A stretch of DNA of 63,751 nucleotides, the filler included, from Octopus bimaculoides (Eukaryota): assembly GCF_001194135.2 (NCBI RefSeq). It is 5 parts of 4 records of this genome, joined end to end, with 100 filler letters (N's around TTAATTAATTAA, not from the genome) between each part and the next. Parts side by side here need not be neighbours in the genome. Positions count along the whole stretch, not along the records: positions 27,331 to 50,115 come from NC_068986.1; positions 50,216 to 61,572 come from NW_026332263.1; 3 more parts are not named here. The stretch is one strand, 5' to 3'. The position numbers and the translations under genes were made by a program. This document shows positions 40,428 to 53,012 of the stretch, in pieces; within the stretch, counting starts at the first letter, position 1, and each line of letters starts with the position of its first letter. The notes beneath the pieces were generated by a model. The model was not told the origin of the DNA. It worked only from the letters and a program-made list of their open reading frames with translations, and searched no databases.

Positions 40428-41740
40428 ATAATAGGATGTAAATTATGATGTCTAATAGGCAGCATTTGAACGTTGAATATTAAAAAAAACTGTAAGTAAG
40501 TAACGCAAGCCATTTTATCCGAGGTTGTAATGATTCAGTCAGTCTTCGAACTTTTGGAATTCTAGCAGTTGACTTGCACATTGTTTTATCACCCCTAGAA
40601 GGATGAAGGGCAAAGTTAACATTGGCGGGATTTTAATTCACAATGTGAAAAACTCGAAACAAATTTTTTTTTTTTTTCTGCTACGACTTTGATTAACTCC
40701 AATCTGCTTCTTGATAGAATATATTGATTTCCCAACAACTATTTAATTTTGAACTGAAATGAGACCTGTGATATACATGTCTTTTTGTAGAGACGGAAGT
40801 AGCGTAAGGGAAGGGGAGTGGCTTAAATGATGAATTCAAACTGTGATTTATGGTGCCTATTAGAATATATTGAGTGATCTTTGAGCGAGGCGATGAGCTG
40901 GCAGAGGCTTAACGGTATTTATCGCGGCTCGTTACATTCGTAGTTCGAATTCGGCCGGGGCTTCTATACTGTTCGTTTATTTGGGGTCGATAAAATATGC
41001 ATCAGTTGAGCACTTGGGTCGATTAAAATACTTGAGTATTTTATATTTTGAGATTATAATTTCGGATTATCAATCTCATCTTCTCAAACGAAACTTTAGT
41101 TCTAACATTTACCTCTACACAAAAGTGGACTTAAACAAAATAAATATTAACTCATCACAGACTTGTATACTTGGCACACAAACTTAATATTCCTTTCTAC
41201 TATAGGCACAAGGCCTGAAATTTTGGGGAAGGGGCTAGTTGACCTCAGTGCACAACTAGTACTTATTTTATCGACCCCGAAAGGATGAGAGACAAAGTCG
41301 TTCTCGACGGAATTTGGACTCAGAACGTAGAGCCGAAAGAAACGTTGCTGAACATTTTGTAGGTATGTAAACAATTCCAGCAACTTTCCACACTTACACA
41401 AAACCTTAATATTAAGCATTCAAATACTTGACCCAAAATACTCAATCATATAAAAAGTATATTTGCTACACTAGTAATTTACAATATCTCGGTCCCTGAT
41501 GCAACACGGCTGTTAAATATTTCAGCTTTACGTATATGGTTAAAAATCTAAAAAAATATATAGTTTTATTAGACATATAAGTGCAGACATGGCTGTGTAG
41601 TTAAGAAACTCGCTTAGCAATCACAAAGTTTCGGGTTCAATCCCACTGCGTGGCACCTTAGGCAAATACCTTCTACTATAGCATTGGACCGATCAAAGTC
41701 ATGTGAGAGCGAAACTGATCGAAAGTTCATCGTATATGTG

Positions 41741-41772
<32 letters not shown>

Positions 41773-44597
41773 CATGTACGTGTGCGAGTGTGTATGTGTG
41801 TGTGCTTTTGTATTTGTTTGTCCCCGAGCGTTTGACAACGGGTTTTAGTTTGTTTATATCTCCTTAAATTAGCGGTTCAGCCTAAAAGAACAACAGAATA
41901 TGTACCAGATTTAAAACAGAAATAAGTACTGAAGTTAATTTGTTCCACTAAAACCCTACACGGTGATGCCCCAGGACTGAAACAATTCAAAGATAAAACA
42001 ACTCAACTCAAACATTTAATTCTTTATTTTGCATGGAAATACTGGTATGAAGCTTTATATGATTTGTATATGATTCTATATTTAGGGCGAGGTATTTCAA
42101 ATGTCATAATACGTTGGTGTGTTGGGTATGCATTGTCAGCAACGTGTTTCGGAAAACTGAAGAATTGGAAATTAACAAGATCATATAAAATCAAAGTAAG
42201 AGAAAATAGTTAAAATTGCTGCGACAAATGGAAGCTAGGCAATTCAGTTGGCTAAGAGTAATTCCTACTCTATAGCACATGTTGGTTGTTGCATACTTCC
42301 AGATCATCCCTGATCAAGAAGTCATGTGATCAAAGTTATTTCAGCCGTACACATCCGGTGTTTTTCTCCAGAGCTATTGCACTTTGAATCGTTTTATGCA
42401 ATGGGGTCTTTTACTGTAAGACACTAAAGTGTTGTATGAGGAATAATTACTTACTATTTCTTGCAGGTTATTGGCACATATAGAAGCTCCATCTTTGGTT
42501 CGAACACACACGTTGATTAAGACAAATGGAGATGGACATCATAACTGATATCTGAGACAAAATAAGACTTTCATAAATTACATTAAAGAACTTTTAATGA
42601 ACTTATATAACAGAATTATTGCAGCCGTTTTTGTTTTTAAATATAAATTAGAAATTTTTCAACATTCATTGAAAATTTAATACAATAGCTATTGAGTAAA
42701 ATCAGCTAAAAATCGACCTTTTATAATAACAATGGCAATATATCTGGAGATTTATACACGCACTATATATATATATATTTTTTTTGTCAGCATAGGTTCA
42801 TTAATTTCCTATAAGAAATTTTACAACTGCGTAAAAGATAAGTTTTTGTAATGGTCAATAAAGGAAAAGTTATATGATTGCTTGATCTGCAGTTAATAGC
42901 AGCCAAACTTTGCTCAAATTGCATCCTACGGTTTTTGAGAAAGAATAGGCATTGAATAATGTAATCTCAGATACGCAAATCCAAATAGATCTAGAAAGCT
43001 TTTCAATGTAGGTTTACTCCATCAGGTCTGATCTGGAGCTAAACAACAATAAGAATAGCAAAACAAGCTTACACGAGCCGACTCTATGACTCGGGCTCAA
43101 TTCTTGATACAACTCTGTATCAATTCGAGAACAACATGCCACCACATACTACTATTAGTCTGGTATAAATCTAAGAATTTGCACTAATATAAGAAATCAA
43201 TATCTGCAGTATGGATAAAAAACTTAAAAGAAAAGCGTGGATTATTTATTCAGTGTCCTTTACTTTTGTACCATCAAGTTGTTTATCATTAATACATGAG
43301 AATTGCTTTAATATATGGGAATTATTTCTAAGCTTTCTGTTAAAGATATACGTATTTTATAGATTGTAATTAGAGACACGTCTCTCGATCTTTTTTCATC
43401 TTCCATATACCTTTGCCTTTGTCTTTCTATTTCTCCTTCACACACACACACACACACACACACACANNNNNNNNNNNNNNNNNNNNNNNNNNNNNNNNNN
43501 NNNNNNNNNNNNNNNNNNNNNNNNNNNNNNNNNNNNNNNNNNNNNNNNNNNNNNNNNNNNNNNNNNNNNNNNNNNNNNNNNNNNNNNNNNNNNNNNNNNN
43601 NNNNNNNNNNNNNNNNNNNNNNNNNNNNNNNNNNNNNNNNNNNNNNNNNNNNNNNNNNNNNNNNNNNNNNNNNNNNNNNNNNNNNNNNNNNNNNNNNNNN
43701 NNNNNNNNNNNNNNNNNNNNNNNNNNNNNNNNNNNNNNNNNNNNNNNNNNNNNNNNNNNNNNNNNNNNNNNNNNNNNNNNNNNNNNNNNNNNNNNNNNNN
43801 NNNNNNNNNNNNNNNNNNNNNNNNNNNNNNNNNNNNNNNNNNNNNNNNNNNNNNNNNNNNNNNNNNNNNNNNNNNNNNNNNNNNNNNNNNNNNNNNNNNN
43901 NNNNNNNNNNNNNNNNNNNNNNNNNNNNNNNNNNNNNNNNNNNNNNNNNNNNNNNNNNNNNNNNNNNNNNNNNNNNNNNNNNNNNNNNNNNNNNNNNNNN
44001 NNNNNNNNNNNNNNNNNNNNNNNNNNNNNNNNNNNNNNNNNNNNNNNNNNNNNNNNNNNNNNNNNNNNNNNNNNNNNNNNNNNNNNNNNNNNNNNNNNNN
44101 NNNNNNNNNNNNNNNNNNNNNNNNNNNNNNNNNNNNNNNNNNNNNNNNNNNNNNNNNNNNNNNNNNNNNNNNNNNNNNNNNNNNNNNNNNNNNNNNNNNN
44201 NNNNNNNNNNNNNNNNNNNNNNNNNNNNNNNNNNNNNNNNNNNNNNNNNNNNNNNNNNNNNNNNNNNNNNNNNNNNNNNNNNNNNNNNNNNNNNNNNNNN
44301 NNNNNNNNNNNNNNNNNNNNNNNATATATATATATGTATGCATGTATGTATGTATGTATGTATGTATGTAGGTATGTATGCATGTATGTATGTATGTATG
44401 TGTGTATGCGCGTTTGTGCGTATGCATGTATGTATGTATGTATGTAGGTATGTATGTATGTATGTATGTATGTATTTATGTATGTATGTATGTACATATG
44501 TATTTATGTATGTATGTGTTATCTATTTTTATTTCTAGATTTCTTGCCTGCAGAGAAAGAGCCGGCTTCTAAACTAGATCCAAGGTTTCTTCAAACA

Positions 44598-44860
44598 TGT
44601 GGTCTGATCAATAAATATCCGGACTGATGTCATAGTAACGAATGTAAATTATACAGTGTAAAGCTACTTGGCACATATTGACCTTAGACTATGTGGGACA
44701 GGAGAGATAGTGAAACCATTGAAGTACAGGTTTTATGTCTGGGAAGCTATTTTCCCCGTCCAACTCTGGCACACTAAGTTTTAACGCTCTAGCTCACTTC
44801 CGTTGTGTACAGCAGTCTTTGGAAGGAAGGTATGTAGCGTGTGATCATCGCTTTCGAGGT
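44598..44860 (+). mobile_element. Mariner 5' end (same family as 5241) with a 73-bp foreign insert
   Basis: GGTCTGATCAATAAATATCCGGACT and CACTAAGTTTTAACG...GTGTGATC are colinear with 5245-5430. Confidence 0.7.
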
Positions 44861-45149
44861 CGCTAAAATAATTACCAGTCGAACACTGAGGGTCGATGTA
44901 ATCGATTNNNNNNNNNNNNNNNNNNNNNNNNNNNNNNNNNNNNNNNNNNNNNNNNNNNNNNNNNNNNNNNNNNNNNNNNNNNNNNNNNNNNNNNNNNNNN
45001 NNNNNNNNNNNNNNNNNNNNNNNNNNNNNNNNNNNNNNNNNNNNNNNNNNNNNNNNNNNNNNNNNNNNNNNNNNNNNNNNNNNNNNNNNNNNNNNNNNNN
45101 NNNNNNNNNNNNNNNNNNNNNNNNNNNNNNNNNNNNNNNNNNNNNNNNN

Positions 45150-45970
45150 ACCTCTCTTGGACTTACTGACCTTGCGCCAAAACTTGAAATCGATACGTTG
45201 AAGGAGAGTATGCAACTTCTTTGGGCGTGTGTTCGAACTTATCAGGGAATATATCTTAAGCAGTTGCTTTCCAAGTCTCATGATGTTACCTGCTTGGTAT
45301 ACGAAGAATGGTCAATGGATGCGCTTGGTGTTTAAAAGATAATGCGCAAGGGATATGATGTGACCTTCAAAAGTTGTCTGAATCGATGCATTCGTGTTTT
45401 TGATTTACGTAGAGGCGGTCTACGTCATTGTTGATGTAAAAATTATTTGTACTTGTCAGTTATGTCTGTCTGTGAACCAATGAGATACTCTTCAGTCTTC
45501 CTAGTTAATTATGAATGACTAGAGTTTTTTTTTCTGATAGTATGAACAGCAACACGTGATATTGCATTTTATCAGTCACAACATAATTATCTCTTCTTAA
45601 GTAGAGCCTGTCGATATCACTACTTTTTGGAAATTTCCAGTTGATGCTAGAATCTTGCTGATTTTAATGTCTCTGGAGTGGATTTCTTCCACAGGCCAGT
45701 CAAGTATCCCAAATGTTGCAATAAACACTGGTTCTGCAAATGCATTGTGGGATATTGTCTTGTTGTAAGAGGAAATTTCAGACAGTTATATTTTTCTTTG
45801 TCTGGTATAATATTTCTAGGTCACTCTATCTTTGTTCAGGGTACCTTGATATGATATATTTTCATCAATGCCAGGCTACTTGTAGCATTCTTTGTGTGGG
45901 ACAGCAGAGATAGTGAGACCATCGAAGTACAGGTTTTGTGTCTGGGGAACTATTTTCCCCGTCCAACAAT
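45150..45970 (-). mobile_element. R4/Dong-like non-LTR retrotransposon RT-thumb fragment (degenerate)
   Basis: YK*PGIDENISYQGTLNKDRVT*KYYTRQRKI*LSEISSYNKTISHNAFAEPV...FGILDWPVEEI...DIKISKIL...GNF...SDIDRLYL resembles the YKYLG...AINxxAVP...DW...HPKSDVDRLY pattern of R4-clade elements. Confidence 0.75.
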
Positions 45971-46176
45971 TAAATAAGATTTCTCCTGTCCAAATTCCGT
46001 TCCTGTGTATGTATGTATGTATGTATGTATGTATGTATGTATGTATGTATGTATGTATGTACGTATGTATGTATGCATGTATGTTTGTGCGTGCGTATAT
46101 GCATGTAGTTATCATATATGCATGCAAGTGTGTATTTGCGCGAACTCAAATCATTTTATGCATCCAAGCATACGTG

Positions 46177-46264
<88 letters not shown>

Positions 46265-49200
46265 CATCTATATATATATATATATATATTCATTTAGACA
46301 TATTTGAATGCCTGAAAGTATGTACAAGCGTACCCTAGAGTCTGTCCATCTGTCTGAAATGAAAATCCTGTAAGTGTATTAACATTCATATTAATTCGTT
46401 GGCAGGGCTAATCGTCAGAATACAATGACATTGTATAATATTTCGTCCAAATGAAATTATGACAGTAGAGAGTTGATAAAATAATAGAATCTGTCTGGCA
46501 TTCCTTTGTAAAGGTACATGTTTCGGGCATAGCTGTCGAATTTCGAGTGCTAAAGTCATAAATATTATCCCAAAAATCCAATGTGTGCATGACTTATTGT
46601 TTGAGTTCTTTTCATTCTTCTTAACACTGGAATACGGATTGGTTTCGAGTTATCATTCAGTGTGAACCTATCAAGGAATATGCAAATTTCAGTGAGATAT
46701 AAAGCAAGCATGAACAATAGACTGTGCAAAAGATTAAAACTAGCAGACAGATCAACAACCCCTAAACGTGTTTCACATTATAATCACAAGAAAAATAAAT
46801 TTGATCAAATAACATGGGTTTGCTCCTTATTTTATCCTTAAATTTTAAGAATCTTGTAAATGCACGAGGGACCTTACAGTAAAACGAATGAATGTAAAGA
46901 ATATAAGTTGGAATGAGTAGGGTATTGTCGGCATTCATCTATTCCATAGACACAGTAGTGACTACAGCTTTACATCTATTACACGATGACTTTTTTTTTT
47001 GTTGAGTTCATAATGAAAATCAAACACAGAAAACTGTATGACTTTTGACATCTAGACTGGTCTTACTGACAATTTTGGGTTTCTTTTCTTTTACAATAAA
47101 TCATGTACCAATACATGCAACAGAATATATGCAGAGAGTTGTCGACTTATTTATTTTCCTAGCATTATCAATAAATAGTAACAACCTTTAGATTTATTTT
47201 ATTTTGTTATTTCAACAGTTTGTTATATTAATCATCAAGTACATGGTGACTGATTTTTTAGTACATTAAACTTTATGGTCTTACTCAATTTGGGAAAATT
47301 ATCTGTTTTGTGTATCTTTCTAAACATACTTCATCATCTTAAAATTTGCATACTTCTTTGCTTGTTTAAATTTTATGAATTCGAAACATGTTCTCTGTGT
47401 ATGTCGGAAAGATTTAATAAAATCAATAAACACGACATGAAACAATACCGTACTATTATTTTGTATCATTCCAGTAGCAAGGAATGCTTTCTGTCTTAAT
47501 TTATAACGATAATTTCACTCGATTCTTTTATATGAGTGAAAATGATGCGAAAAGAAATTTCTGTAGGGATATTCTCAATCAATAGATTAATAGATTATTA
47601 AGCTAGGGTTTTTCAACGAATATATAGCTAAATATTAAATATAAATATGGGCATTAGATAGTTAGGACATAATTATAAATGTGGGTGGGGGCGGTCTTAT
47701 TCTTAGTCAGATATTATCATAATTGACTGATCTTTTATATTGATTATTTTATAAAGCTGAATGATGAGAGAACCATGAATTTTGAAAGTCTTTCCAGGTA
47801 AGATAGATCGATGTTGTTGATATTTTGTTTGAGAAAGAAGTAACACCATTTTGACCCGGTCGAATCTTATCAGTTTAGACGCAGTATTACACGTGTTCTC
47901 TCAATCAGCGTCCTGAATAATTCATCTGATGATATACCCCAACTAAATACTTTAGTGATATACGTTTGACAAGAAATGTTTATGTTTGTTTGTCTTTGCT
48001 TGTCCCCTCTATGTAATGCCTTTATGGCAAAATTTATGAAATAAAGAAATGTTTAATGGAAATACTGCAACACACCATAGAACATAATAATTAATTCTAT
48101 GTAAATTATTCCTTGTCTTTCTAGAAAAAAAATTTTGCAGTTAAAAACACGACAGAACTGTTCGTCAAAAAAGCAGTGTCTTACTTAGATGGTGAGCCAC
48201 AAATATACGTTGGAAGTGAATGAAATTGCATAATATACTTGCCTTCATTAACTGCATTTATGTATAAAAAATTATTTTCAACTAAAAATATGTACAAAGA
48301 ATTAGCACTGCCAACAATCGAAACCGATGAGCGATTCACCCATCAAGAGCTTTTTATTTCATCAGCCTCTTCGGTGCATGTTACTTTAAATTGATAATTC
48401 CTGTGTCATCTTCCTTTAAGTGATCATTGTCCTATTTTTGATTCTATTCTCATTAAACAAGAGATCAATTATAAACCTCTTTAATTTTTCTATTGATAAT
48501 AATATTTCGGTCTATTAATCAACAAAGAACTCTTTTCATTTTAAAAGTTTGTTATTATTTTTTTTATTTTTCATCTCTTTACTGAAAATTTCTTTCAAAA
48601 GTTTATGGTGGGCGCTATTTCAAAGCAACAATTTATTGATATCGCATTTTGTGAAATAGATTCATTGGTTACTGGTTTCCAACTGGTCTTTCACTGATAT
48701 CGTATTTTACTACTGTAGAGGGCGAAGATATTACCAGTATGAAATGTTCAAAGGACTTAATGTTGTCTTTTTCTGGCGTCACAAAAATATCTGTCTTGGT
48801 TTGTGCAAGGGACTCTTACGAAAAACTAATTCTCAGTAATTGCTTTGGAAGCCTGAATACGACCAACTAATCGTATATAATACCTAATACGAAGAGTTTT
48901 TGGTTTTGGATAAATATTAATTAGCCCTCTTTACGAAATCGTAAGTACTATTCTTTCTCTAGATATATTGGTAATACCTGTTTTATTTTAGTACTAGTTT
49001 TATTTCACTGCTATTTACACACCCTGGTTCCCCTTTATAAAGAGATAACCCATAAATATTTCCCTAGATCATTGCTAGTTCTCTCTTTTGCCTATCGACT
49101 TCAAGCTCCATGCTGCAAAATAGTATGATTATAATATATAGAGCCTTCGACTTCATCTCGAGGCGCTGATCTTCCCTCTTCCCTCTTCCCTTCGTTTATT

Positions 49201-49856
49201 TCATTTTGTGCATTTTTATTCACTCCGATGAAGCTCCATGTACTTGATTGAATGTGTTATAAAGATGGTGAATATTATTTTTGGAATTTCTTTCGTAAGC
49301 ACCGACTAACATTGGCAACAGAAATGGCCGTAAGAAATGTTGTCATGCGGCGAGCTGGCAGAAACGTCAGCACGCCGGGCGAAATGCTTAGCGCTATTTC
49401 GTCTGCCGTTACGTTCTCAGTTCAAATTCCGCCGATGTCGACTTTGCTTTTCATCCTTTCGGAGTCGATAAATTAAGTACCAGTTACGCACTGGGGTCGA
49501 TGTAATCGACTTAATCCGTTAATCGATTTAAACGGATTAAGTCGATTACATCTGTCCTTGTTTGTCTCCTCTATGTTTAGCCCCTTGTGGGCAATAAAGA
49601 AGTAAGAAATGTCATGTTTTGTATAAAAGAATAATCAACCGATGTTGGTCAATTTGTTTGTTGATCAAAAGATTTCCCCATTTTCTGCTTATTTAAATTT
49701 GATTTCTGATAAACTTTTTTTTTAATTCTATTGTTACCTCTACCCTATGACCATAGTGTGCTTGCATACCCATGCCCAGGGATTGCATAGGTAAATGATA
49801 CCCATAGTAAGAACGGATTCTAGTATCCCTTAGACGGTTATTCCAACCGCTAACAC

Positions 49857-49907
<51 letters not shown>

Positions 49908-50115
49908 CTAGCAGAAATACTCGGCGTTGCCTGGGTTAAAAAAAAGAATAATGAAATTTAAAAACACCCTCTAGATTATGTAGGTCTCAATTGCTAGTAG
50001 TTGAGATACCAACTTTCTACATAACTCTACAACCCATGCCAGCTTGGAACGTAGACGTTAAGTGAAAGGTGAAAATAAAGTTTTCAACTCAGATATGTAT
50101 ATAAAGTAAATACAC
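49908..50115 (-). mobile_element. Probable Helitron 3' end
   Basis: The minus strand ends CCCAGGCAACGCCGAGTATTTCTGCTAG|T, a decayed GC hairpin followed by a CTAG terminus before T. The other end is lost at the segment spacer. Confidence 0.5.
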
Positions 50116-50290
50116 NNNNNNNNNNNNNNNNNNNNNNNNNNNNNNNNNNNNNNNNNNNNTTAATTAATTAANNNNNNNNNNNNNNNNNNNNNNNNNNNNN
50201 NNNNNNNNNNNNNNNCGAAAAGCAAGACTAAAGATGCAGAGAAAGGAAGAAAAGAGATGAGAAGTCCATGAGAAGTGATGCTGTTCCTAC

Positions 50291-50462
50291 CTTATCGTCA
50301 AGCTCATCTAAGCGCTTCTGTGCTTCTCTCTTCTGGTTTTCCAACTGATGCAGAGTAGCTGTGATGGCATCAAGGTCCTTCTGTAAAGCTTGCACTTCTC
50401 CATTCTTGATCTTGATGTCAGCATCCCGTTGTGACTTCTCTTTCTCCAATAGAAGCTTCTCC
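50291..50462 (-). CDS. EPS15: EPS15/EPS15L1 internal exon (coiled coil)
   Basis: Acceptor gattgtttcag|G, donor AAG|GTAGGA. EKLLLEKEKSQRDADIKIKNGEVQALQKDLDAITATLHQLENQKREAQKRLDELDDK resembles invertebrate Eps15 EADIKIKNGE..LQ.ELD...ATL.QLENQ.GEAQKRLDDL. Confidence 0.9.
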
Positions 50463-50623
50463 CTGAAACAATCACGTTGCAAAAAAAAAAAAAATATGGA
50501 AGAAAAAAAAAAAATAGGAATAAAAACAAAGAAAAAAAAACACTAGAACGAAAGAGTAGTAGTTGTTGCTGTGGGATTATAAAATACGTAACACTTTTCT
50601 CTCATACATTCACTAACACCACC

Positions 50624-50659
<36 letters not shown>

Positions 50660-50668
50660 AATAATAAT

Positions 50669-50814
50669 AAGGTGAACTGGAGGGTCCGCCGAGGTGGACT
50701 TTGCCTTTCATCCCTTGGGGGGTTGATAAATTAAGTACCAGTGAATCACTGGGGTCGATGTAATCGACTAGCCCCCTCCCCCCTATTTCGGGCCTTGTGC
50801 TTACAGTAGAAAGG

Positions 50815-50849
<35 letters not shown>

Positions 50850-51300
50850 GGTGAACTGGCAGAGTCGTTAGCACGCCGAGCAAAATGCTAGGCGTAATTT
50901 CATCTGTCTTTACGTTGTGAGTTCAAACTCCGCTGAGGTCAACTTTGCCTTTCATCTTTTCAGGGTCGATGAGATGAGTATCAGTTGAGCACTGGCTTCA
51001 ATGTAATCGACTTACTCCCTCCCCACAAAATTTCAGGCCTTCTGCCTATAGTAGAAAGAATTATTATTATTATTATTATAAATAAGATAGCAAGCTGGCA
51101 GAATCATTAGCACGCCGGATGAAATGCTTTGCAGCACTTCAACTGTCTGCATGTTTTGAGTTCAAATTCTGCCGAGGTCGACTTTACCTTTCATACTTTC
51201 AGGGTCAAAAAAAATAAGTACCAGTTGGGTACTGGGGTCAATGTAATCAACTTACCCCCTTCCCCAAAATTTCAGGCTTTGTGCCTTCAACAGAAAGTAT
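50669..51300 (+). repeat. Head-to-tail trimer of the 210-bp SINE in the EPS15 intron
   Basis: Three same-orientation units joined by (TAT)n tails. Confidence 0.85.
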
Positions 51301-51422
51301 TATTATCATTATTATTATTATTATTATTATTATTGCTTGGTGGTTATGCCATTATATATATTCGTTTACATAAATAAGTACTTGGCAGTAATTGCTTGCT
51401 TGTGTGAGAGAATCGTACATAC

Positions 51423-51517
51423 TTTTTCATGTCGTCGATATCTTTAGTGATTGCGTCAAGCTCTTTGATGGCGGAGAAGTCAGCTACGTGACTGTATGGG
51501 CCAGAATTGGTACCATC
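51423..51517 (-). CDS. EPS15: EPS15/EPS15L1 internal exon (start of coiled coil)
   Basis: Acceptor ctttcttttttctcatcag|GAT, donor AA|GTATGT. DGTNSGPYSHVADFSAIKELDAITKDIDDMK resembles EPS15-family F..IKELD.I...I..L. Phase 2 joins the next exon. Confidence 0.85.
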
Positions 51518-52032
51518 CTGATGAGAAAAAAGAAAGAAGAGAAAGTATCGGAAAATTAGATTTATCTATAAATTTATTTAAAAAAATTTTTTTTTCGTTT
51601 ACATACATATCATTTCACCTACCAAAAAATGAAAAGAAAAAGAAACAAAGTAAAACAGTTCTCTTTTTTTTTTTCAGTGAAGTGAAGGCCAACATCTCTC
51701 TTCCATAATTAACTGGAAAGCTAAAACTAAACAAATTACTGAAATACAGCTCCAAATTTCTGGACACTAATGAAGGTGGAGGGAAAATAAAAAATTGGGG
51801 AAATTGAAAATGCCTGAGGGCTAAAATCATCATCATCATCATCATCATCATCGTTTAACGTCTGCTTTCCATGTTAGCGAGGATTAGACGATTTGACTGA
51901 GGACTGGTGAAACCGGATGGCAACACCAGGCTCCAATCTGATTTGGCAGAGTTTCTTCAGCTGGATGCCCTTCCTAACGCCAACCACTCAGAGAGTGTAG
52001 TGGGTGCTTTTACGTGTCACCCGCACGAAGTA

Positions 52033-52211
52033 TACTTGATTACCAGAAAAATGCTAAATTTTTGCCGAGATCAATCAAGGGTGTTTTATCCCTCAAGCCC
52101 CCTAAATTCCAAAAATGGGGGATTTTTGTAAATTTTTTACAACTGCAGAGTTTGGGAAATTTGAGGGAGTAAATGCCCTTGACTGATCTTAGCAAAAATT
52201 TTGCATTTTTC
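52033..52211. mobile_element. Small TIR element (MITE), about 50-bp TIRs, right end lost in gap
   Basis: GAAAAATGCTAAATTTTTGCCGAGATCAATCAAGGG (52046) versus the reverse complement of the right end, GAAAAATGCAAAATTTTTGCTAAGATCAGTCAAGGG. It abuts the end of a SINE copy. Confidence 0.7.
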
Positions 52212-52692
52212 NNNNNNNNNNNNNNNNNNNNNNNNNNNNNNNNNNNNNNNNNNNNNNNNNNNNNNNNNNNNNNNNNNNNNNNNNNNNNNNNNNNNNNNNN
52301 NNNNNNNNNNNNNNNNNNNNNNNNNNNNNNNNNNNNNNNNNNNNNNNNNNNNNNNNNNNNNNNNNNNNNNNNNNNNNNNNNNNNNNNNNNNNNNNNNNNN
52401 NNNNNNNNNNNNNNNNNNNNNNNNNNNNNNNNNNNNNNNNNNNNNNNNNNNNNNNNNNNNNNNNNNNNNNNNNNNNNNNNNNNNNNNNNNNNNNNNNNNN
52501 NNNNNNNNNNNNNNNNNNNNNNNNNNNNNNNNNNNNNNNNNNNNNNNNNNNNNNNNNNNNNNNNNNNNNNNNNNNNNNNNNNNNNNNNNNNNNNNNNNNN
52601 NNNNNNNNNNNNNNNNNNNNNNNNNNNNNNNNNNNNNNNNNNNNNNNNNNNNNNNNNNNNNNNNNNNNNNNNNNNNNNNNNNNNNNNNNNNN

Positions 52693-52725
<33 letters not shown>

Positions 52726-52749
52726 ATACATATACATACATATACATAT

Positions 52750-52782
<33 letters not shown>

Positions 52783-52998
52783 AACACACACATGCATGAA
52801 TACACATATATAAAACATGCACTTACACAAAACGCAACCAGAAATGCAGACACACACACACACACAAATGCCTATTACCACACACACACACACCCCGATA
52901 TTCTCCATATGTCAGAGAATGTTCTTCCATTTATCATTCATGAGAGTATGGTTGATCACAGAGTAATGATGATGCAACACATGATGACATCACCAGGT

Positions 52999-53012
52999 GT
53001 CTCCATGGCAAC
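52999..53012. promoter_or_regulatory. RFX X-box upstream of the FAM187A-like gene
   Basis: GTCTCCATGGCAAC matches the X-box consensus GTHNYYATRRNAAC at every position. A CRE-like TGACATCA lies at 52985-52992. About 780 bp upstream of the ATG, in a non-repetitive island. Confidence 0.55.
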
